36,693 nt of DNA from the NCBI GenBank assembly GCA_030141605.1, contig JAQGDQ010000350.1, forward strand, positions 1 to 36,693, given 5' to 3'. The stretch comes from Tubiluchus corallicola (lineage: Eukaryota > Animalia > Priapulida). Position numbers and translations under genes: made by a program. The notes beneath the pieces were generated by a model that was not told the origin of the DNA, searched no databases, and saw nothing but the letters and a program-made list of their open reading frames with translations. Shown here piece after piece: positions 1-12,100 of the stretch. Position 1 is the first letter of the stretch. Each line of letters begins with the position of its first letter.

Positions 1-39
1 TATTGACAGCAGCAAATGTTATTTCTTATTTCTTTATAG

Positions 40-3000
40 ATATTGATGATTGTTCACCTAACCCTTGTGTTAATGGTAAATGCAAAGATGAAGTAAATAA
101 CTATACCTGCACCTGTGATGCTGGCTACATAGGGCGCAACTGCAGCATAGGCAAACTTTGTGCATAGCAACTTATTCACAAGAAATTCTAATTAAATTCT
201 AAATCAGCACTGGCACAACTGCAGCATTGCTCAATTGTGCATCTAGTCAACTTGTTCATGATAAATTTTAATTTAATTCTAAATAAGTATTGACAGCAGC
301 GAATGTTATTTCTTATTTCTTTATAGATATTGATGATTGTTCGCCTAACCCTTGTGTTAATGGTAAATGCAAAGATGAAGTGAATAACTATACCTGCACC
401 TGTGATGCTGGCTACATAGGGCACAACTGCAGCATAGGTAAACTTTGTGCCTAGCAACTTATTCACAAGAAATTCTAATTAAATTCTAAATCAGCACTGG
501 CGCAACTGCAGCATTGCTCAATTGTGCACCTAGTCAACTTGTTCATGATAAATTTTAATTTAATTCTAAATCAGTATTGACAGCAGCAAATGTTATTTCT
601 TATTTCTTTATAGATATTGATGATTGTTCGCCTAACCCTTGTGTTAATGGTAAATGCAAAGATGAAGTGAATAACTATACCTGCACCTGTGATGCTGGCT
701 ACATAGGGCACAACTGCAGCATAGGTAAACTTTGTGCATAGCAACTTATTCACAAGAAATTCTAATTAAATTCTAAATCAGCACTGGCACAACTGCAGCA
801 TTGCTCAATTGTGCATCTAGTCAACTTGTTCATGATGAATTTTAATTTAATTCTAAATCAGTATTGACAGCAGCAAATGTTATTTCTTATTTCTTTATAG
901 ATATTGATGATTGTTCGCCTAACCCTTGTGTTAATGGTAAATGCAAAGATGAAGTAAATAACTATACCTGCACCTGTGATGCTGGCTACATAGGGCACAA
1001 CTGCAGCATAGGTAAACTTTGTGCATAGCAACTTATTCACAAGAAATTCTAATTAAATTCTAAATTAGCACTGGCACAACTGCAGCATTGCCCAATTGTG
1101 CATCTAGTCAACTTGTTCATGATAAATTTTAATTTAATTCTAAATCAGTATTGACAGCAGCAAATGTTATTTCTTATTTCTTTATAGATATTGATGATTG
1201 TTCGCGTAACCCTTGTGTTAATGGTAAATGCAAAGATGAAGTAAATAACTATACCTGCACCTGTGATGCTGGCTACATAGGGCGCAACTGCAGCATAGGT
1301 AAACTTTGTGCATAGCAACTTATTCACAAGAAATTCTAATTAAATTCTAAATCAGCACTGGCACAACTGCAGCATTGCTCAATTGTGCATCTAGTCAACT
1401 TGTTCATGATAAATTTTAATTTAATTCTAAATCAGTATTGACAGCAGCAAATGTTATTTCTTATTTCTTTATAGATATTGATGATTGTTCGCCTAACCCT
1501 TGTGTTAATGGTAAATGCAAAGATGAAGTAAATAACTATACCTGCACCTGTGATGCTGGCTACATAGGGCACAACTGCAGCATAGGTAAACTTTGTGTAT
1601 AGCAACTTATTCACAAGAAATTCTAATTAAATTCTAAATCAGCACTGGCACAACTGCAGCATTGCTCAATTGTGTATCTAGTCAACTTGTTCATGATGAA
1701 TTTTAATTTAATTCTAAATCAGTATTGACAGCAGCAAATGTTATTTCTTATTTCTTTATAGATATTGATGATTGTTCGCCTAACCCTTGTGTTAATGGTA
1801 AATGCAAAGATGAAGTAAATAACTATACCTGCACCTGTGATGATGGCTACATAGGGCACAACTGCAGCATAGGTAAACTTTGTGCATAGCAACTTATTCA
1901 CAAGAAATTCTAATTAAATTCTAAATTAGCACTGGCACAACTGCAGCATTGCCCAATTGTGCATCTAGTCAACTTGTTCATGATAAATTTTAATTTAATT
2001 CTAAATCAGTATTGACAGCAGCAAATGTTATTTCTTATTTCTTTATAGATATTGATGATTGTTCGCCTAACCCTTGTGTTAATGGTAAATGCAAAGATGA
2101 AGTAAATAACTATACCTGCACCTGTGATGCTGGCTACATTGGACGCAACTGCAGCATAGGTAAACTTTGTGCATAGCAACTTATTCACAAGAAATTCTAA
2201 TTAAATTCTAAATCAGCACTGGCACAACTGCAGCATTGCTCAATTGTGCATCTAGTCAACTTGTTCATGATAAATTTTAATTTAATTCTAAATCAGTATT
2301 GACAGCAGCAAATGTTATTTCTTATTTCTTTATAGATATTGATGATTGTTCGCCTAACCCTTGTGTTAATGGTAAATGCAAAGATGAAGTAAATAACTAT
2401 ACCTGCACCTGTGATGCTGGCTACATAGGGCGCAACTGCAGCATAGGTAAACTTTGTGCATAGCAACTTATTCACAAGAAATTCTAATTAAATTCTAAAT
2501 CAGCACTGGCACAACTGCAGCATTGCTCAATTGTGCATCTAGTCAACTTGTTCATGATAAATTTTAATTTAATTCTAAATAAGTATTGACAGCAGCAAAT
2601 GTTATTTCTTATTTCTTTATAGATATTGATGATTGTTCGCCTAACCCTTGTGTTAATGGTAAATGCAAAGATGAAGTGAATAACTATACCTGCACCTGTG
2701 ATGCTGGCTACATAGGGCACAACTGCAGCATAGGTAAACTTTGTGCCTAGCAACTTATTCACAAGAAATTCTAATTAAATTCTAAATCAGCACTGGCGCA
2801 ACTGCAGCATTGCTCAATTGTGCACCTAGTCAACTTGTTCATGATAAATTTTAATTTAATTCTAAATCAGTATTGACAGCAGCAAATGTTATTTCTTATT
2901 TCTTTATAGATATTGATGATTGTTCGCCTAACCCTTGTGTTAATGGTAAATGCAAAGATGAAATAAATAACTATACCTGCACCTGTGATGCTGGCTACAT

Positions 3001-6000
3001 AGGGCGCAACTGCAGCATAGGTAAACTTTGTGCATAGCAACTTATTCACAAGAAATTCTAATTAAATTCTAAATCAGCACTGGCACAACTGCAGCATTGC
3101 TCAATTGTGCATCTAGTCAACTTGTTCATGATAAATTTTAATTTAATTCTAAATCAGTATTGACAGCAGCAAATGTTATTTCTTATTTCTTTATAGATAT
3201 TGATGATTGTTCGCGTAACCCTTGTGTTAATGGTAAATGCAAAGATGAAGTAAATAACTATACCTGCACCTGTGATGCTGGCTACATAGGGCGCAACTGC
3301 AGCATAGGTAAACTTTGTGCATAGCAACTTATTCACAAGAAATTCTAATTAAATTCTAAATCAGCACTGGCACAACTGCAGCATTGCTCAGTTGTGCATC
3401 TAGTCATCTTGTTCATGATAAATTTTAATTTAATTCTGAATCAGTATTGACAGCAGCAAATGTTATTTCTTATTTCTTTATAGATATTGATGATTGTTCG
3501 CCTAACCCTTGTGTTAATGGTAAATGCAAAGATGAAGTAAATAACTATACCTGCACCTGTGATGCTGGCTACATAGGGCGCAACTGCAGCATAGGTAAAC
3601 TTTGTGCATAGCAACTTATTCACAAGAAATTCTAATTAAATTCTAAATCAGCACTGGCACAACTGCAGCATTGCTCAGTTGTGCATCTAGTCATCTTGTT
3701 CATGATAAATTTTAATTTAATTCTGAATCAGTATTGACAGCAGCAAATGTTATTTCTTATTTCTTTATAGATATTGATGATTGTTTGCCTAACCCTTGTG
3801 TTAATGGTAAATGCAAAGATGAAGTAACTAACTATACCTGCACCTGTGATGCTGGCTACATAGGGCGCAACTGCAGCATAGGTAAACTTTGTGCATAGCA
3901 ACTTATTCACAAGAAATTCTAATTAAATTCTAAATCAGCACTGGCACAACTGCAGCATTGCTCAATTGTGCATCTAGTCAACTTGTTCATGATAAATTTT
4001 AATTTAATTCTAAATAAGTATTGACAGCAGCAAATGTTATTTCTTATTTCTTTATAGATATTGATGATTGTTCGCCTAACCCTTGTGTTAATGGTAAATG
4101 CAAAGATGAAGTAAATAACTATACCTGCACCTGTGATGCTGGCTACATAGGGCGCAACTGCAGTATAGGTAAACTTTGTGCATAGCAACTTATTCACAAG
4201 AAATTCTAATTAAATTCTAAATCAGCACTGGCACAACTGCAGCATTGCTCAATTGTGCATCTAGTCAACTTGTTCATGATAAATTTTAATTTAATTCTAA
4301 ATCAGTTTTGACAGCAGCAAATGTTATTTCTTATTTCTTTATAGATATTGATGATTGTTCGCCTAACCCTTGTGTTAATGGTAAATGCAAAGATGAAGTA
4401 AATCACTATACCTGCACCTGTGATGCTGGCTACATAGGGCGCAACTGCAGCATAGGTAAACTTTGTGCATAGCAACTTATTCACAAGAAATTCTAATTAA
4501 ATTCTAAATCAGCACTGGCACAACTGCAGCATTGCTCAATTGTGCATCTAGTCAACTTGTTCATGATAAAAAATTTTAATTTAATTCTAAATCAGTATTG
4601 ACAGCAGCAAATGTTATTTCTTATTTCTTTATAGATATTGATGATTGTTCGCCTAACCCTTGTGGTAATGGTAAATGCAACGATGAAGTAAATAACTATA
4701 CCTGCACCTGTGATGCTGGCTACATGGGGCGCAACTGCAGCATAGGTAAACTTTGTGCATAGCAACTTATTCACAAGAAATTCTAATTAAATTCTAAATC
4801 AGCACTGGCACAACTGCAGCATTGCTCAATTGTGCATCTAGTCAACTTGTTCATGATAAATTTTAATTTAATTCTAAATCAGTATTGACAGCAGCAAATG
4901 TTATTTCTTATTTCTTTATAGATATTGATTATTGTTCGCCTAACCCTTGTGTTAATGGTAAATGCAAAGATGAAGTAAATAACTATACCCGGCCTGTGAT
5001 GCTGGCTACATAGGGCGCAACTGCAGCATAGGTAAACTTTTGTGCATAGCAACTTATTCAAAGAAATTCTAATTAAATTCTAAATCAGCACTGGCACAAC
5101 TGCAGCATTGCTCAATTGTGCATCTAGTCAACTTGTTCATGATAAATTTTAATTTAACTCTAAATTAGTATAGACAGCAGCAAATGTTATTTCTTATTTC
5201 TTTATAGATATTGATGATTGTTCGCCTAGCCCTTGTGTTAATGGTAAATGCAAAGATGAAGTAAATAACTATACCTGCACCTGTGATGCTGGTTACATAG
5301 GGCGCAACTGCAGCATAGGTAAACTTTGTGCATAGCAACTTATTCACAAGAAATTCTAATTAAATTCTAAATCAGCACTGGCACAACTGCAGCATTGCTC
5401 AATTGTGCATCTAGTCAACTTGTTCATGGTAAATTTTAATTTAATTCTAAATCAGTATTGACAGCAGCAAATGTTATTTCTTATTTCTTTATAGATATTG
5501 ATGATTGTTCGCCTAACCCTTGTGTTAATGGTAAATGCAAAGATGAAGTAAATAACTATACCTGCACCTGTGATGCTGGCTACATAGGGCGAAACTGCAG
5601 CATAGGTAAACTGTGTGCATAGCAACTTATTCACAAGAAATTCTAATTAAATTCTAAATCAGCACTGGCACAACTGCAGCATTGCTCAATTGTGCATCTA
5701 GTCAACTTGTTCATGATAAATTTTAATTTAATTCTAAATTAGTATTGACAGCAGCAAATGTTATTTCTTATTTCTTTATAGATATTGATGATTGTTCGCC
5801 TAACCCTTGTGTTAATGGTAAATGCAAAGATGAAGTAAATAACTATACCTGCACCTGTGATGCTGGCTACATAGGGCGCAACTGCAGCATAGGTAAACTT
5901 TGTGCATAGCAACTTATTCACAAGAAATTCTAATTAAATTCTAAATCAGCACTGGCACAACTGCAGCATTGCTCAATTGTGCATCTAGTCAACTTGTTCA

Positions 6001-6179
6001 TGATAAATTTTAATTTAATTCTAAATTAGTATTGACAGCAGCAAATGTTATTTCTTATTTCTTTATAGATATTGATGATTGTTCGCCTAACCCTTGTGTT
6101 AATGGTAAATGCAAAGATGAAGTAAATAACTATACCTGCACCTGTGATGCTGGCTACATAGGGCGCAACTGCAGCATAG
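40..6179 (+). CDS. 22 tandem calcium-binding-type EGF exons, 37 aa each
   Basis: Exons at 40-150, 327-437, 614-724, 901-1011, 1188-1298, 1475-1585, 1762-1872, 2049-2159, 2336-2446, 2623-2733, 2910-3020, 3197-3307, 3484-3594, 3771-3881, 4058-4168, 4345-4455, 4635-4745, 4922-5031, 5208-5318, 5495-5605, 5782-5892, 6069-6179. Acceptor tttctttatag|AT, donor ATAG|gtaaac. Six Cys, DIDDC start and C-x-D-x4-Y-x-C motif. Confidence 0.93.
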
Positions 6180-9100
6180 GTAAACTTTGTACATAGCAAC
6201 TTATTCACAAGAAATTCTAATTAGATTCTAAATTATTATTGACACAATTGTAAATTTGATTTTCCAAACGCAACAATTATTTCTGTCAGATTAAGATCAA
6301 TTGTAGTGCAAGCCTGAATTTTCATTAGTCTGGTGAAAAATTTTGTTTGATATTTTAGTTTTTACTTAAGAAACAGTTGTTTTGTAGAGCATTTCCAAAC
6401 TAAGCTGTTAAAGTCAACAAACGGATTTGTATGTGGAATTCATGGCATAGACGTCTATAATCTGCAATACAATACAAGTGCATTACATTGAATGCAAAGT
6501 GTACAAGTAGTATTTACATATCGAGTTGACAAATGTGCTTGTAAGTTAATACAAGAAAAAGGGGAATTGACACAATTTTGTTTTGTTTTAATTTTATAAT
6601 ACTCATTTTAGTGCCAGTTGTATGTAAGACCTACCCTTGCGGTGAACACGGAACATGCATTGCCGTTGATGCTATAGCGATCTGCATCTGCGATCGGGGT
6701 TATAACGGCACGTACTGTGATATATGTAAGTTGTAATGATGAAAACAATTATAATCCTTGTGAATTCTTCAGTGAACGTAATCATTTTTTAACTAGACTG
6801 TTGTGTAGGTTGTGAGTTTCACATCTAGAAATTCTGTCAACTCATGCAACATCTGGTTTACCTTATTTTGATTTCCATCGGTTATGCGTTGCCAAACTAT
6901 TTGCTTCTTTGACAGCAAAACTTGCAAACGTGAGTTCATTGATGTTTGTGAGCATTTTTCCTGTACGGGTCTTTGTAACTTTTAAATAAATGATCATAAT
7001 GATCAAAAAGCCGGGCTTTCATGTGGTTCGTGATGTCGGTGATTATCCAAAAATTTCTTTGAGTGTTTTTTTTTGGTTTAACTGTCTCCAAACATTCAAC
7101 AAGCAGTTACAAAATATTCTCATGTGTTCGCCATTGTCGCAAAAAAGTCGCCGACTTCTCCAGTAAAATTTAAAATGTTTAGAATTTGTCAGTGTAGTTG
7201 CACAACTCACTGCTTCGCCAAAAAGTCGCAAATTTTTCCGGACGTTTTTTTTCAACAATTTCAGAAAAAAATTGCCTTAAAATTTGTCACCGTAGTCGCA
7301 AAACTTGCCACTTGCACAAAAATTCGCAAAATTTTTAAAATTGTTGTAATATTCTCCAGACGTTGTAATTTATCTCAAATTAGTCGCGGCATTCGTCAAC
7401 AATCTCGGAGCCTGCAACAACTTGGCGAACATTTTGCGATGCTTTTGGGCATGTTGCGTCAACTTTGCGGCTACTGTGTGATTGCCTTGCGACATTTTTG
7501 CAAACCTCTGTTGGCCCGCTCTTTTTTCGAAACATCTAAACAACAGTGTTGAACACTAAACAACAGTGTTGAACACTAAACAACAGTGTTGAATACTAAA
7601 CAACAGTGTTAAACACTAAACAACAGTGTTGAAAACTAAGAAACAGTGTTGAACACTAAACAACAGTGTTGAAAACTAAACAACAGTGTTGAACACTAAA
7701 CAACAGTGTTGAAGACTAAGAAACAGTGTTGAATACTAAACAACAGTGTTGAACACTAAACAACAGTGTTGAAAACTAAACAACAGTGCTGAACACTAAA
7801 CAACAGTGTTGAACACTAAACAACAGTGTTGAACACTAAACAACAGTGTTGAACACTAAACAACAGTGTTGAAAACTAAACAACAGTGTTGTAAACTAAA
7901 CAACAGTGTTGAACACTAAACAACAGTGTTGAACACTAAACAACAGTGTTGAACACTAAACAACAGTGTTAAACACTAAACAACAGTGTTGAAAACTAAG
8001 AAACAGTGTTGAATACTAGACAACAGTGTTGAACACTAAACAACAGTGTTGAAAACTAAACAACAGTGCTGAACACTAAACAACAGTGTTGAACACTAAA
8101 CAACAGTGTTGAAAACTAAACAACAGTGTTGAACACTAAACAACAGTGTTGAAAACTAAACAACAGTGTTGAACACTAAACAACAGTGTTGAATACTAAA
8201 CAACAGTGTTGAAAACTAAACAACAGTGTTGAACACTAAACAACAGTGTTGAAAACTAAACAACAGTGTTGAACACTAAACAACATTGTTGAATACTAAA
8301 TAACAGAACAACAGTGTTGAACACTAAACAACAGTGTTGAGCACTAAACAACAGTGTTGAACACTAAACAACAGTGTTGAAAACTAAATAACAGTGTTGA
8401 ATACAAAACAACAGTGTTGAACACTAAACAACAGTGTTGAACACTAAACAACAGTGTTGAAAACTAAACAACAGTGTTGAAAACTAAGAAACAGTGTTGA
8501 ATACTAAACAACAGTGTTGAACACTAAACAACAGTGTTGAAAACTAAACAACAGTGTTGAAAACTAAACAACAGTGTTGAACACTAAACAACAGTGTTGA
8601 ACACTAAACAACAGTGTTGGAAACTAAACAACAGTGTTGAACACTAAACAACAATGTTGAAAACTAAACAACAGTGTTGAACACTAAACAACAATGTTGA
8701 AAACTAAACAACAGTGTTGAACATTAGGTTGTTGACTAATTTTGTTTTAATCATTAATTTTCCAAGTTTCAGCATTCTTTTGTTTTGTGAAAATTGCCCT
8801 TCATTAAATATTACTAAATGGTTTTGACATTTTTCAGTAATAATGCCAAAGATATCTCTGGTGAAGGAAGAGAGTGCCGATCCCGTGTTTTACCGTGCCA
8901 CAAGACCCATACCTTTTCTTTTACTGGTGGACTACGTTCATCCTGCTGTTACATTTGCTTGGAACATGGGTGATCAATCTACTTTCATCACTAACCATTC
9001 TCTGTTCTTTCCTGCTAATGAACTCACAAGTTCTTACCAGTTGAAATTTGCTATTAGTCCATCAGATATAGATTGGGCCTATGTGTATTTTCATACGTAC

Positions 9101-12100
9101 GCTCAGCCTAACTATTACTTCGTCAAGGTCAATGCTTCTGCTGATACTGGTGAATCCATATTCACTTCGTTGACTCTTGACGTTGTACGGGCTTGTGGTA
9201 ATTGTTGCGTTGACGTGCGCATTGTTAATGCCGGCTACAATGTCTCTGTAGCACCCATATACAAACCACGAAATAGCTTTTCTGTTACCTCCATTGTGTA
9301 TCATGATTGCCCGGCTCAGACCTCTATAACGTACAGATGGAAACTTTATTCAAGGACGCCGAAAAATATCTTCCCTCCAGTGGAACGTCCGATATCTCTC
9401 CCAGATAACTTGCTTACAAATCGGAAGTACCTGACGATACCACCATGGCTTCTTCAACCTGCTATTTACATTATTCGCGTCGTAGCAACAGTAACGACAC
9501 CGACGAACAAAACGGAGGGTTCTGACAAGGTATTTTATACCCATTGCTTCAAACATGCATTGTTATTGCATTGAGAGAAAACTGTCACTTTGACTAATGT
9601 TAGGTAGTACATTGCGCTGTGAGAAAAAAGCACTGTACAGCAGGTTTGGTGTTTAATGTGTTTATTTTACGATGGTCCACTTCTTTCTTCACTTTTCCAA
9701 ATATATAACAATGATAATATATAACAATGATAATATATAACAATGATAATATATAACAATGATAAAAGATGTGATGGGAATAACTTCTTCCAGTGAACCT
9801 GTTTTGCCAAACTTCAAGGTAGTTCAAGAGTTATTTGCTTTTCTTATTATATTTTTAACAGCCAGTGCTTCACTAAACCAGGAAGATTTTTTAACTAGGT
9901 GACATTTCTGGTGTGCAGTCCTACTCACCTACTAAAACAAGCAAGTTCTACACACTAGAATTACATACAGTAAATATAAATGTAAAGGAACGGGAAATTT
10001 ACTTAGTGACAAAGGAAATCAATGAACCTATAACAACATTAAGCCACAACAGCTGTATATCAGCATTACTTCTACTGTCAGTTACATCATTGCCACCATC
10101 ATAATTTCCACTACTGCCACCACAGATGCTGACCACCACCGTCATCACGGTTTCAGTTACTTCATTGCCACCATCATAATTTCCACTACTGCCAGCACAG
10201 ATGCTGACCACCACCATCGTCACAGATACAGCCATCAACGCCATCTCCATCACGTCATTTCAATATCATTTTCTGCAAGTCTTTGGCTGTAGGCATTTTG
10301 TGATCCATGTTTTCACTTTTTGGCTAACAGAGGACAGCACCTCGGTTTATTTTCAGTAGCTTGATTGCTGAAGCGTGTCTGAGAGATCAAGAATATGGCA
10401 GGTGTTGTTCTGAAACAACTGAGCATTCAGTATATCTAACACTTGCTTGGCTGTTACTTAAACACTGTTCAATTCCTAATCTGTAAAATATTAATAAATT
10501 ACTGTAATAATCTTGTTTTTAAATTTTCTAGACATTAATCATGCTCAAATCTACTCATTTATTAGTTTGCAATAGTTTGAATACTCGTTTGGGACTATTT
10601 CAGCGCTATGTTGTAATCACACAGTCTGATTTGATACCACACATTCATGGTGGAAGCATACGCTATGCGAAATTTGGGCATAATATTGAACTGGATGGGT
10701 CCCGTTCCCGAGACCCCGACGTGTGCCCAATTAATGAATTCCTAAACGTAGCTGTCAATAGACCTAGTTCTTCGGGCAGCAATGGCACTTGTGACAGTAA
10801 TATAACGTAAGTCCATATGCAATAGAGATATAATGTGTTTGTGATAGTAATAATGCAAGTCTATTTGCAATAGTGATATACTAAGCATATGGGCATTAAT
10901 GTAACATTAACTCCTTCAAGACCGCACCATTCAAAATAGGTCTTACAAGACCTATGACTTTTTAGATACTGTATGAGTACTGGTACTGGCACAACTAAAG
11001 GATAGCAAATTAGATATTGTTCTATTCAGGAGAATCTCAGCTATCCAATCAGCTAACATTTTTAAGAGATTTAATTGAGTAAAAAAGAGAAAAACAGGCT
11101 CTCTTCAGGCATTAAACCTTAGCCTATTGAGTAGCTTAGTCTGGTGTACACTTGCGTGATCGTACATGCTAATTTATTGATCACCTGTTTAAACTTGAGT
11201 TTTCATGCAGGTACACGTGGTTCTGTTATGTTGGAGTCAGCCTAGAGCCAAATCCGAATTTAACCGGTTGTCTTGACAACGAAACGGGCTTGCTACCTTT
11301 TACAGGTATTGTAAAAAAGAAAAACAACTTCAGTATCAATATCAGTTCTAAAATCAGAAAGTAAGATAACATCAAATCAAAATACAATAATTGTGAATAA
11401 GATAAAGCCTTTGGAACTATTGCTTAGATGCAGCTTGTATAGCTTCTTATTTTATTAGACGTGTTTTCTGTTTTCGAATGTACTGTGTGTTGAGATACGG
11501 CTAAGTTTCATGTTTTTCAATACGTGTAAAGGTTTGACATGATACCAATGAGCCCGTAAATAAGTGAAATTTCGTTACTGTTGAACGTTACCGTATTTAT
11601 TCGAGTATAACGCGCAAAATTTTGTACCTAAAAAAGAACTCAAAGTTTGGGTACGCGTTATAAATGAGAGCTGGGGTGAGGCGTAGCTAAGGAAATAATC
11701 AATAATATTTGCGTCATCAGCAGACTTTGTCAGACGGTGCCTGGCCCACGGAAATCGAGCAGCTAGCCCAGAATTCACTGTACCAGAGACGAATGTTAGA
11801 GACTGGAGTTGTTCAACAACGTTTGTCACTTACGATGCTTGGTCTGGTCTGAGAAAAAGTGAAACAAAATTTTATACCGATTTTTAATAGAAAATTAGGG
11901 GTGCACGTTATACACATGTGCGCGTTATACTAGAATAAATACGGTAATTTACTAGAAATGGTTAAAAAGAAAGAGAACATTTTATACGTCGCTAAAGTAA
12001 CGAATTTTTTAGCGCTTTTATGCAACTTGTGTTATGCTAAGTCTATATGTTTAGTAACTTGCACACCATGAAAAAACTTCTTAGTGTAATTATCAATTTT

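Larger units (their letters stand above)
1..6230 (+). repeat. 287-bp tandem array (111-nt EGF exon + 176-nt intron), 22 units, continuing off the left edge
   Basis: Period of 287 read directly from the sequence, with a +3 shift near 4570 and a net -1 shift in unit 18. Similarity decays after about 6230. Confidence 0.98.

Noticed and set aside
188-6208. 22 minus-strand 60-92 aa ORFs (MNKLLCTKF...) resembling a tandem small-peptide gene array
   Set aside because: They are antisense shadows of the + strand EGF exons. They start at non-ATG codons, while the + strand has splice signals and a six-Cys domain.
1-6725. Notch, fibropellin or Crumbs assignment
   Set aside because: The downstream in-phase exons are PKD/REJ-like. 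No LNR, avidin or laminin-G sequence is visible.
7124-7552. 142-aa + strand ORF as an additional exon
   Set aside because: It has no recognisable domain, and exons 6612-6725 and 8838-9529 already join in phase.
7536-8724. CRISPR-like palindromic repeat array (also considered for 32716-34817 and 35728-36693)
   Set aside because: There are no unique spacers and no cas genes, and the context is a eukaryotic intron.
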